From NCBI RefSeq assembly GCF_964204645.1, contig NC_134031.1, positions 13,379,807-13,443,806 of the forward strand: a stretch of DNA of 64,000 nucleotides, read 5' to 3'. The DNA comes from Tubulanus polymorphus. Its lineage: Eukaryota > Animalia > Nemertea. The notes under the pieces are model-generated. The model was not told the origin of the DNA, made no database searches, and saw only the letters and a list, made by a program, of their open reading frames with translations. Every line of letters begins with the position of its first letter. The first letter of the stretch is position 1. The translations under genes and the position numbers were made by a program. Below are positions 24,715-35,601 of the stretch, one piece after another.

Positions 24715-27453
24715 TCAATCACGAGTTTGAATGATTAATAAAAAAAAAATTAAAATAATGCTGCCTAGAACCTCGATTTTCAGGTAGTCCATACATAGTA
24801 ACTCAAGAGGTTCACTTGAGAGGATTGACTCGAGAGGTGCACGGGGATCTCTGGCCTTCTGCACAACACATCTTCTACAACTCCCCAGATATCTTTCCAC
24901 ATCTGTAAACATTCCTGGCCAAAGAAAACGCCTTCCATGTCTTATCTCGACCAGCGTGTCCAAGTGCATCGTGGGTCCAATGTAGAATATTACCACTCTC
25001 CTCCACCGGTACCAGCACTTGAGTAACTCCGAAGCCATCCACAGTTTTCCTTCTCACAAGCAAACCTTCCTCAATAATGAGCGACGGAAAATATTTCCAG
25101 TATCTTTGTTCGGTGCGATCCATTGGACGGAATGGTTTTTTCTCGACGATGAGTCGTTTGAGTTTCGTAATCACCGGATCCTGGTCCTGTAGTTCAGCTA
25201 GCCTGAGTTTAGGGAGCTCACCGAAAACGTCCGTAACACTTTCTTCGGTGACGTTCAAAGGAACTGTGGCTGTATGCGTAGATAAAGCCATGGCTACAAT
25301 TACCTCATGGTTTATCTTCCGACTCAAAGCATCTGCATCTCCCATGGATTTCCCAGGCGTATAATTTAACTCCAAGTCATACGCCGATAACGCCTGTAAC
25401 CAACGATGCCCTACTGCGTCTAAATTTGCGGTTCTCAAAACGTAGGTGAGTGGGTTGTTGTCTGTTTCAACTACGCAACGCTGCCCATACAGATAGTCAT
25501 GGAACACGTCAGATACTGCCCATTTCAGCGCAAGAAATTCCAAATTCGTGCTGGGGTATCGACTCTCAGATGGTTTCACGGACCGACTTGCGTAAGTGAT
25601 CACTCTTCGTTGGCCCGCCTGCTCCTGGTACAATACAGCTCCCAGAGTCCTCTGCGTCGGTACGCAAAATGAAAGGAAGATTATAATCAGCAAACCCGAG
25701 GACTGGCGGTTTTGCATAGAAGACTTTTCAACCGCTCGAACGAGGACTGTTCTACCTCAGACCACCGGGGTAACGGGGCCCTAGACTGCTTCCGATCTAT
25801 CACTGCCACTCCTTTCAGTAGGTCAGTGAAAGGCTTTGCCACAACCGAAAAATTCTTCATAAACCGTCGGTAAAATCCTGCAAAGCCAAGAAAAGCTCTC
25901 AGCTCTGATACGGTCTCAGGTGGCTTCCAATCCCGGACGGTTGCTATCTTAGCAGGGTCGGCCTCAATGCCTCGCTTGGATATGCGGTGCCCAAGGTAAG
26001 GTACCTCGTCCTGTAAAAAAAACACACTTTCTCAGTTTAGCTTTCAACCCGGCCTTCTCTAGACGCTTGAATACTTCCTCCAGACGTTCCATATGCTGTT
26101 AAGCACCTTTGGAAAATACAATTACATCATCAATATAAACTAGACAGGTTTTCAAATTTAAATCTCCGAGGGTCCTTTCCATTAGTCGCTGAAAAGATGC
26201 CGGGGCCCCTGTTAAGCCAAACATCATCTTGTTGAATTCGAAGAAACCGAATCCCGGTCCGACATTGAACGCTGTCTTGTGGCGATCTCGGTCAGCCATT
26301 TTCAACTGCCAGTATCCAGACTTGAGATCGATCACACTAAAACGAACACATTCGGTCAAATTATTCAAAACCTCGTCAATCCTGGGCAGACTATAACGGT
26401 CGGGGACAGTTTTCCGATTCAAATCCCGGTAGTCAACGCAGAACCTTAATTCCCCGTTCTTCTTCCGTACTAACACAACGGGACTGGAATAGGGACTGCT
26501 GGATGAACGGATTACTCCGGCATCCAACATCGTTCGTAGGTGCTGGCGTACTTCCTCCACCATCCCAGGAGGAACACGACGGTACCGAAGGTTTACTGGT
26601 TCTTCATCAGTAAGATGGATGGTGTGCTTGGCCAGTCTCGCCGTACCCAAGTCCAGGTCGTTTGCGGCGAAAACATGCTTCCATTTTAAAAGCAATTCCC
26701 GGAGCATTTCCTTCTCTTCCTCTGTTTTTGCTCCCGCCAAGTTGACACCCGTTATAAACTCTTCGTCAGACACCCATGAATGTTTTCCAGATTCCACTTC
26801 GACCTTCAAATCCTCTTCAGAGTCCGAGTTCTCCACTTCGGTCACCGGAACCATTCCACAAATCACTGCTCTATGAGGAATAGTGATATCCCGCTCGCTA
26901 CTGTTCCTAAGTCGCACCGAAATCCTGCAACATTTGACTGACGGTACTTCGGTAACAGACGGTATGATACTTAACCTGCCAGGAACGTTAACTACGCTTC
27001 CATCTACCATCATCAGACCACCACGACAAGCAGTTCGGACTTGCCCATGCACAGTAACCTCCGAATTAGCGTGGACGCATAAAGTTTGCGTAGTTCGGGA
27101 CGAGTGCGGCTTCCATTGCTGGCTGGGTAACAAACGGTGGAGTTTTGAGCCGATGTAAGACATTGGTTCCAACCAAAACGGGTACTTCTCGGTGATAAAC
27201 TGTTGACGGTATAACTAGAGCCAAAATATCCAAATCATCACCCTCACATTTTAGATTCACCCGAGTAAACCCCTTAGTCGATAACACCTTTCCACTTACC
27301 GTGTGCACCTGAAATTTGGGTTCGATGTCGGATAAAGGATACACCTCACCATCTGGAAGAGTTTGTAGGAAGTCTTCCGAGATGGTTGAGACCATTGAAC
27401 CTGTGTCGATCAGAGCTCTACATTCACGACCGTTTATTTGAGTGCTAACCTCG
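24715..27453 (-). pseudogene. pol: Gypsy A pol (protease, RT, RNase H, truncated integrase)
   Basis: ALIDTGSMVSTI; LRFCVDYRDLN, VYIDDVIVFS; LEFLALKWAV, TDNNPL; integrase H2C2 region then a break (rve core missing). Confidence 0.92.
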
Positions 27454-28483
27454 TTAGGCCATCCAATTAACTCCGATAGGTTGAGGTGCTGTCCTCCTTT
27501 TCCGCCCGTCTCCTGCCTCCTGATCCGAGCGGTTCCTCGTTTCCCGGCAATGAGCCTTCCGAGCCTGCCTGACTAGTTGACGAAACAAATACCCTGGTTC
27601 TTTATATGTTCTCGTCGACATCTTAACTTGCATATCTTGTAACCCTCGCCAAAACTGTACCTTTAGTGTCTCGTCATTTATATAGGTTGGTCCATGTCCC
27701 GCAGCTTTCACTTGCGCTGCTATCTCCTCGATTCTTGTGGACCAATCCGCTATCGTTTCCTCGTCTCCTTGACTCACCGAGTGAAATCTTATCATCAAAT
27801 CCTCCGCCGTTTGCACCTCTCTGTATTTGAGTTCCATCTGATCAAGAACATCCGTTGCCGTAACTTCATTTTCCTCATCATACAGATTGATTAACACTCG
27901 TAACGCAGTTCCCCTTTATGATGCCCGAATTATCCTCATCCGAGTGGCATCACTGAGTGCTTCGTCATGAACAGGTGCCTTCACTTCCTGGCGCCATTGG
28001 GCGTAGGATATCTCTCCTTTGCTCTCCGTTCCACTAAACATTCCGACCCTTGGTGCTTGCACCGACACATTCACCCTAGGTTCAAATTGGGGTTGTGAGA
28101 GTGCTGGTGGCCTCAATGGCGGACCAGAATACGATTCACCGAGGCTTGTTTCTTTCTTGGGTTTCATCACCGAAGCTGTCAACTTGTCAACCAGTTTACT
28201 CTGAGTCCCTGGTGGTAGGTTTGAGAATGATCTCACCATTTGGTCCAGATCCTCTTCCGCCTGATATATTTGACGCAAGAATCGCTCCTGGGACGAATCG
28301 ATATTCTGCACTCGCTCGAGAACATGCATCTGGAGAATCAAAGATAAGAAAAACCCCATCCGAATTCTGGCTAGAGGTTCTAATTTCCCCACAAGGCTGA
28401 AAGTATTCCAGACAAAATCCAACAGGATTAGTTAACCCTTGAATACCCCCAATAAAAACCGCTCGTTCCCACAAGGAGGGCAT
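27454..28483 (-). pseudogene. gag: Gypsy A gag (PNMA-like), frameshifted
   Basis: MFSGTESKGEISYAQWRQEV and major-homology-like QGDEETIADWSTRIE, upstream of the protease. Confidence 0.8.
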
Positions 28484-29029
28484 TTTCTCCTATATATTAG
28501 CACAAAAACACGGATATACAGTTTCACCAAGTATCAATAGAACAGAAACAGAGGGTTAAACAAATGCACTCTAACACCCGTTTAAAACTAATAATACGCA
28601 CTCAGTTAATTGTACAAACCAATAATATGTTCCACTCTCAACTACCTTAACAACTTAACCCATCTCACAAGGTATTTCGTAGTACAATTAATTGTGTGCT
28701 TTAATTGACAAATTAAGAATAGGCAAACACAAAAAGAAAAGAAAGCAATCACAACATGCAATAAATTCACATTTAACTAAAACAACGCAAAAAGAAATGC
28801 TCGCATCAAGCACCATAAATAAAATGTTTTCCCCTCAGCTCAGCTACACAAACCAATAAACAGACCGTTCTATATCACAACCCCTGTAGAACGGAACTCA
28901 CACGCTCGGATCCACAGGAAAGTCCACCACGACCTCAATGCGAACCCAATCTGAGCTACACATGCAAACAATGTAAATAAATAAATGAGCACTTAAATTC
29001 AGTTTGGATTCCTTGCAAAGCAACTGCAA

Positions 29030-29236
29030 CATGCAACCCGTATTAATCGGACGGTAACACGCAACACGTATTAATCGGACGGTGTCATGCAACACGTATT
29101 GTTCGGACGGTAACACGCAACATGTATTAATCGGACGGTATCATGCAACACGTATTGTTCGGACGGTAACACGCAACACGTATTAATCGGACGGTATCAT
29201 GCAACACGTATTGTTCGGACGGTAACGTGCAACACG
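29030..29236. repeat. ~29-bp tandem repeat (about 7 copies) in the Gypsy A 5' leader
   Basis: GCAACACGTATT(AA/GT)TCGGACGGT(AACAC/ATCAT) units, contiguous, no spacers. Confidence 0.9.
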
Positions 29237-29481
29237 AGCAGCACACCTGTATTACACTGACCACCACAATGCTAAATCACCAAATCCAAGGCTCCTACTC
29301 GGAGTAAAACCCGTGTTTATTCCCACGATACTCCAGGCAGCCTTTTACGTCGACTTGTACACCGGTACCGGGTTTACACAGCACTGTTGGGTGATCGAAA
29401 TTCCAATTTCTAATCGCTGACTGGCGTCCGTAGTAGACGGTTGAGTTTCAATTGATTCCGCTCTTCGATAATCTTCTTATC

Positions 29482-29498
29482 TCCCGGACGAGCCCCCA
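29482..29498 (-). promoter_or_regulatory. Primer-binding site complementary to tRNA-Pro
   Basis: Minus strand TGGGGGCTCGTCCGGGA, 2 nt after the 5' LTR. Confidence 0.92.
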
Positions 29499-29500
29499 TA

Positions 29501-30477
29501 TGTCACGGAGCGGATTTCCAAAATGCCCGAGTCCCGCCTGTTCTACTGCCACTTGCAGTACTGCACTCAATGCAGCACCGATCAGCTGATTCCTTTGTTA
29601 CCACAGATGACTCCAACTAAATAAACAAACGATCAATGAAGAACACTGATAGCATTTATTAACCAGATGAATGTCTCTAATGATCCAGGAAGAAAGCCAC
29701 TAAATATTTGGATGGATATATGAAAGCTGTGGGTACTGGAGTGTGTAATGGGTAGTGTAGTGTGATCTGCGTGCATTTGTGGCCAGCACACAGATCACAT
29801 TGTTCATTGGGGTTTAGTCCAGGACTCGCGAGATTTTCAACAACACAGAAGTAACGTGTGATAAATGATGACTTGAATTGCATGACTACCTACCACCCCT
29901 CATTATTGTTGGAAAAGTAAACGTTCCGCACTGACTAAAAATTAGTAATAATAATTAATAACATTTTAGAAATGGCCAGAATTTTAACTTAGGTTCTATC
30001 TCATTTTTATTTTACAATTGCGATTGGTATAAATTTTTTTTAAACGGCCGTTAAGGCTTCATGTTTCGTCTGCAATTCACTGCAAATAGTAACGCAACTA
30101 CGCACATTTCAGTGTTTTTGGCAGCTGTACACTCAATCGGCACCGTTCGTGACTAGCTTCACTGCGGAATTATCATTAATTAACATCGCCATATACCATC
30201 ATCAACTTATATTGTGCCTTAAAACCCTAACAGCCGAAATAATTGAAATGCACACACGATTTCTATCATTGAAAATTGATAGAGTGGCCGTGTTTGTGTT
30301 CTGCTGCTTGGCGTAAATCCCGCGTGGTGGCGCCACCGAGCGGAGTGGGGCCGATACGTCCAGCACTACCGACTGAATATATACAGGATATACATTTATA
30401 TATACCCAAAGTAAGGGGCACCACACTAAAAATGAACAGGAACAGGAATGCTCCAATAAAAATAACACCCTGTGACA
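29501..30477 (-). repeat. 5' LTR of Gypsy A (977 bp)
   Basis: TGTCAC...GTGACA termini; adjacent PBS. Confidence 0.92.
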
Positions 30478-30565
30478 TCATCATGAGGTTTAAGGTCAAC
30501 CTGACACTCACAATCACCAGGCAAAACTGATCTAGTCAGCTGACATAAGGTGCTTTTCAGAGGGC

Positions 30566-30648
30566 AGCACAGACAGGACAGGACAGGACGGACGGACGGT
30601 CGGACGGGACAGGACAGGACAGGACAGGACAGGACAGGACAGGACAGG
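30566..30648. repeat. (GGACA)n / (GGAC)n microsatellite
   Basis: Directly visible. Confidence 0.95.
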
Positions 30649-30681
30649 AATCGGAGTTAGAGATACGCAGAATATCATATC

Positions 30682-31260
30682 AGTAATAGGGGTTTAGTTG
30701 TTCTATACCAAAGGTCGAACGGTCGAGCCCATTAAAAAATAAATATTAAAAGTAATTTAAAACTATAATATATTTTCATAGCCGTGTGCATTTTATATTA
30801 TAACTAAATATTTATTCTAAGATATTAATAATTTAAATTTTAAATGCATATTGTATTAAATCAATTGGTCGCTCCGTTTCGCTACCGCTCCACTCCGCGA
30901 CCAATTGATTTATTTATAATACACAAATTCATATAATCAAATATATTTTAATAATTATAATTATTCTATCATTCAACTGAAATACACACGGCTATGAAAA
31001 TATATTATAGTTTTAAATTACTTTTGATATTTATTTTTCATGAACTCGACCATTCAACCTTTAATCTAGAACAACTAAACCCCTATTATTCATATATATG
31101 AATAACATTTAAATTGAAAGATTATTCAATATAAAAGTTTGAGCTCTTATAGAATAGATATATAGATATATTTTAAACATTATTTCAATATTCATATTTG
31201 TATGAGTTAGATTTTTAAACATTAAAAGTGTTAGTAAAGTGTGATTGAAATAATACATAT
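30682..31260. repeat. Mav-2 TIR containing the complete ~410-bp fold-back (30682-31090)
   Basis: AGTAATAGGGGTTTAGTTGTTCTA ... TAGAACAACTAAACCCCTATTATT. Confidence 0.92.
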
Positions 31261-32463
31261 ATACATGATATAATACATAGCTGTTCATACTAGAACATGA
31301 TTCTATTTGAGCCTATATACATTTCATGTAATGAACTATTGAATAAATCTATAAATTCACAGCTGTTACAGCTGTGACTATGACGCCGAGACATATGAGA
31401 CATAATATTGCAAACGCGTAGAACATTCTAGAAGGTGTACCGGAACTAGATGACGTGGCATAATCGACGACGTGTTCATTTCGAAATCGCACCGGAACTG
31501 AATAGACGATGTAACATAACGCTTAGGATATTCTCTCTCGAAACGCAATTAGGAGTTTAAAGTTTACAATTCTAAATCTAAATGTAAGTACTGTTTTTTG
31601 TAGTTATTAGGGCTATTAAATATGAAACCTTTAGATATATTTAAGTGTATTTAGATAACTAAAGTTACCGCTAATATCTTTTAGATTAATAAAACGTCAT
31701 ACGGATCAAGAAGCGATAGAGAAACTCAAGATACTATTTCTGACTGAGGAATCAACAGCAATGGATATCAAACCAATAGAAACTGGCGTAGAACCACAAG
31801 AATCACAAAAGATCAACGAAGAAACTATATAAGAATTTCAAAAACATTAAGACTCCAATGATTAAGTTTAACATTTGTTGTTGTAGTTAAATATTTACCA
31901 GCAATTGAAAGATGTTTGTAATTATAGATTTTATATATAGAAATCAAATGATGTATTGGAAGAAACGACTGAACAACTTGTATAATGTATTGTGTAAATC
32001 TGATTGGTGAATTTTTATGTTCAGTCGTTTCTATTATGATTAGCGCATGCGCATTAAGCAAAAGCGCGCCTGTATGCGCGGTTTTGCCGATTGCGCATGC
32101 GTTTTGATATTTTATGTCGGTTGTTTCTATTTACAAAATGAATATATAATTATGATTAACACATGTGGATTAAGCAAAACCGGACATCAATGGCCGCATG
32201 TGACGCATGTAACGCATGTGTTGTTTCTATTTTACAGAATTTATAGAATGAATATATAATTATGGATAACGCATGCGCATTAAGCAAAAGCGCGCCTGTA
32301 TGTCCGCATGTGACGCGGGTATTGTAACTGGTATGATTTAGATATCAAGGAACTGAAACGACTTATCAAAAGCAACGAGGAATGAAAAAGGATGACGTTG
32401 GTCGAAGAAATGGAAGAGGGTTCTAAAATATAAACCAATTTAGTAAAAAAATATGTATAATAA

Positions 32464-33117
32464 ATGGCGCCAGAACAACCACAAAGTATTAATATTACAA
32501 ATAACACTGGTGTTATAGATAAATACTACAAGAAGTGTTCTAAGTGTGAATTAGATAAATTAGCTTTAACAGAATTTAGTAAGCGTAAGATTAGCAAAGA
32601 TGGTTTTCAATATTGCTGTACAACTTGTACTAAACTATATACCAAACAATATCGAGAAGATAATATAGAACATTATAATTATTATATGGCAGAATATATG
32701 AGAGGAAGATATCAAACAGATCTTAATTCTAGATTGAAACAATGTTTAAGATCTAGATTAACACAATTATTCAACAAAGAAACGCATTCAGAAACACTAT
32801 CTAATTTATTGGGTTGTTCAGATGAATTTTTCATATCATGGATAATATATCAATTCGACGATAAAATGAATATAGATAATTATGGTGAATACTTTCATAT
32901 TGATCACGTGTTGCCGATTTCTAAATTTGATATGAGTGATGATTATAATAAGAAGCTAATATGGAGCTGGAGAAATTTAAGACCTTTAGAAAAGAAGGAA
33001 AACATAATTAAATCTAACAAACTAGATATGAAATTATATTTAGATCAACTGGATAAAGCAAAGACATTTGTTGAATTATGGAACTCAACACATAATGAAA
33101 AATACGTTGGAGCTTAA
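32464..33117 (+). CDS. Zn-ribbon + HNH/EndoVII-like endonuclease (intact, 217 aa)
   Basis: CSKC...CCTTC; HIDHVLPISKF...WSWRNLRPLEKKENIIKSNK. Confidence 0.8.
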   Translation: MAPEQPQSINITNNTGVIDKYYKKCSKCELDKLALTEFSKRKISKDGFQYCCTTCTKLYTKQYREDNIEHYNYYMAEYMRGRYQTDLNSRLKQCLRSRLTQLFNKETHSETLSNLLGCSDEFFISWIIYQFDDKMNIDNYGEYFHIDHVLPISKFDMSDDYNKKLIWSWRNLRPLEKKENIIKSNKLDMKLYLDQLDKAKTFVELWNSTHNEKYVGA

Positions 33118-34246
33118 ACGCTTAGAAAACTGGTTACTCTCGATCCATGTCAAACTACCTATATGCAATTGTATTAGCTCTTTGCATCTGTCGCACGTTA
33201 TATTCAGTTGAATGGGGTGTACCTCATTTGAATATTGGTCGAATGTGCTATTTCAGTTGAAAAGGATTAATCAATTACATTACAAAGGAACATCAGACAG
33301 TGTTTAGCTAGTGAATAACTGGCAGTTATAAGCGCGCAGCACATAAGCATAGGAACGTATAGGATATTCTCTCTATAAACACAATTTTAGGAGTTTACAG
33401 TTATAAATGTAAGTACTGTTTTTGTTGTTATTAAGCGCCGGGAAACGTTAAACATGTAAAACTTACCCTGGTAAGATGCGCCACAAATGGCCATGTTTAA
33501 GTGCTGTAATTAATATTTTACAACTACAACTTCAAGTTAGTTTTATTCTACGCTAGATATTTATCTTTTAGATAACAAAATGAAGACCATTGAATCAAGA
33601 AAGTGAAGATGGATGGATGTGGAATCAGAAATTATGGATATTTCAACTCATGAGATTGTAGCAGTTTAGCCTTACTGTATAGGCTTTCAATGCATTACGT
33701 TTGCCGGAATTTCAATTGCGTCATTAAGCTGTTGTTAATGTCGCAGTGACAGATGTTCTATTATACTTTATTGATTCCTGCATTCCACGCATACCTTACC
33801 GCTCGGCTGCCGAGCGGCTTGGAATGTGGAAATCGATAATGATTGTAGAATAAAATATATGTGTTTATGAAATAGTATTTCCACCAGTCGTTTCTTTGAA
33901 TTTATTTTCAGTTTTAGGATTTATTATTGAGAATCCGAAATGAATTATCTGGACAGTTATAATTACTGCTCCTAATAGATAAACAATAGTAGTGAGATAT
34001 TAAATCCTAATTTAAATAAAATATAATAAAAAAAACAATAACTTCAACTAGCTAGTGAATTCTATTATATTTTTAATATTTTCTTTTCAAAAAGAGAATA
34101 CTTTATATTTTGAAAAGATTCAAATAGAAATTCTTTAAATTCAAATAGCTAGTATCAGTAGTCAATACTAGAATTCTTTAACTTTAACTATCTAGTATCA
34201 TTTTATAATACTTATAATATTTTTCTTGCTTTTTTCTCCTATATAA

Positions 34247-34849
34247 ATGTCAAAGAAATCTAATAAGAATAATACCAACATTGAAAAAACATTAGATGAT
34301 TTAGGCATTAGTGATAATAAGGATATTCCAATCAAAATTGAAAATAATATTAATTGTAATATTGATTATGAATACTATTTATATTGTAAGGACCATCTTG
34401 AATTATTAATTGCTGGAGGGAAATCTAAGGATTTCTTGGGAAAAATAATAACTTTTCAAGAATTAGATGCTATGAAACCCGATAAAGTAATAAAGTATTT
34501 TAAGATTTATGAAGAAGGTAGATTAGCTAGAATAAACGACTCTATAAGTGATGGTATTATAAAATGTTACTCTAAGTTATGTAACCAGTTAATACCAATT
34601 GATGATGAAAATAAATTATATAGTGATTTGAAAAATGACTACTTAGTTATGACTGAATTACAAAAATGGGTCGGATATGCTTCATTTCAATTAGGATCGG
34701 TTATGACATTAATTTCTACTGGCGTCATAACATTTTCGAATATCAAGCCTATGGAATATAAATCAGGTGAGAACGAAACAGATGTACAACAACCAAACGG
34801 CGAAACAGAAAATGAATCAGAACAAAAATTAACTAAAATAAATCAGTGA
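34247..34849 (+). CDS. Conserved Maverick hypothetical protein (200 aa)
   Basis: Orthologue of 17045-17653. Confidence 0.75.
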   Translation: MSKKSNKNNTNIEKTLDDLGISDNKDIPIKIENNINCNIDYEYYLYCKDHLELLIAGGKSKDFLGKIITFQELDAMKPDKVIKYFKIYEEGRLARINDSISDGIIKCYSKLCNQLIPIDDENKLYSDLKNDYLVMTELQKWVGYASFQLGSVMTLISTGVITFSNIKPMEYKSGENETDVQQPNGETENESEQKLTKINQ

Positions 34850-34853
34850 TGGA

Positions 34854-35529
34854 AGTAGTATACAAAATAGCGGTTCCTGCGCAGCCCGACCCCGGTTCTG
34901 GCGCAGCCCATCCTTACCCCGGTATACCGTGTACCCTCTCAAAGCTTTATCTCCACCTAAATACCCTAAGAAGACAACCCCTGTGGACCGCGGTTCTGGC
35001 GCAGCCCGACCCCGGTTCTGGCGCAGCCCATCCTTACCCCGGTATACCGTGTACCCCCTCAATGCTTTATCTCCACCTAAATACCCTAAGAAGACAACCC
35101 CTGTGGACCGCGGTTCTGGCGCAGCCCGACCCCGGTTCTGGCGCAGCCCATCCTTACCCCGGTATACCGTGTACCCCCTCAATGCTTTTTCTCCACCTAA
35201 ATACCCTAAGAAGACAACCCCTGTGGACCATGGAAAACACGCCAAGGGGCCGGCAAACCCCCTCCGGCCCCTATAAACCAACCGCTATAATGCACCTACA
35301 ACAAAGTGTTATTTACATAGATATTTACAGTATATACAAGTATGTGAAACGCTCTGAACTGGAATTCACCTCTAAGCTGACGCTATCAGCGGTGCGCTGC
35401 GACCTGATTGTCACTGATTGCGAAATAGCCTAGAAAAGTTCTATGCTGACGCAGAAGCCGGCAAACAACCGAGACATCGGCAGGCAACCAGAGTCATGTC
35501 CCTTGGACATGGCCAGGCCCGGCCAACAC
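34854..35529. repeat. Mav-3 left TIR with three 120-bp tandem units (34871-35229)
   Basis: Exact 120-bp periodicity; inverted copy at 46872-47427. Confidence 0.95.
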
Positions 35530-35601
35530 ACCAGGTGAAGCGCGTCTCGTGAAAGTCCTGGTTCACTCACCAAGGTGGATATAGATTCTGCGTGGTCAGA
35601 A

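Larger units (their letters stand above)
24301..30477 (-). mobile_element. Ty3/Gypsy LTR retrotransposon A, decayed
   Basis: TG...CA LTRs at 24301-24601 and 29501-30477, tRNA-Pro PBS, PPT (reverse complement of TCCTCCCCCACTTCAAAGA at 24602), gag-PR-RT-RH-IN order, 4-bp TSD TGAT/TCAT with one mismatch. Confidence 0.95.

Noticed and set aside
29030-29236. ~29-bp repeats as a CRISPR array
   Set aside because: Units are contiguous with no unique spacers, lie in an LTR retrotransposon leader, and the context is eukaryotic.
34829-35433. Repetitive ORFs on both strands (also 46822-47463)
   Set aside because: By-products of the 120-bp (multiple of 3) TIR units; no protein-like features.
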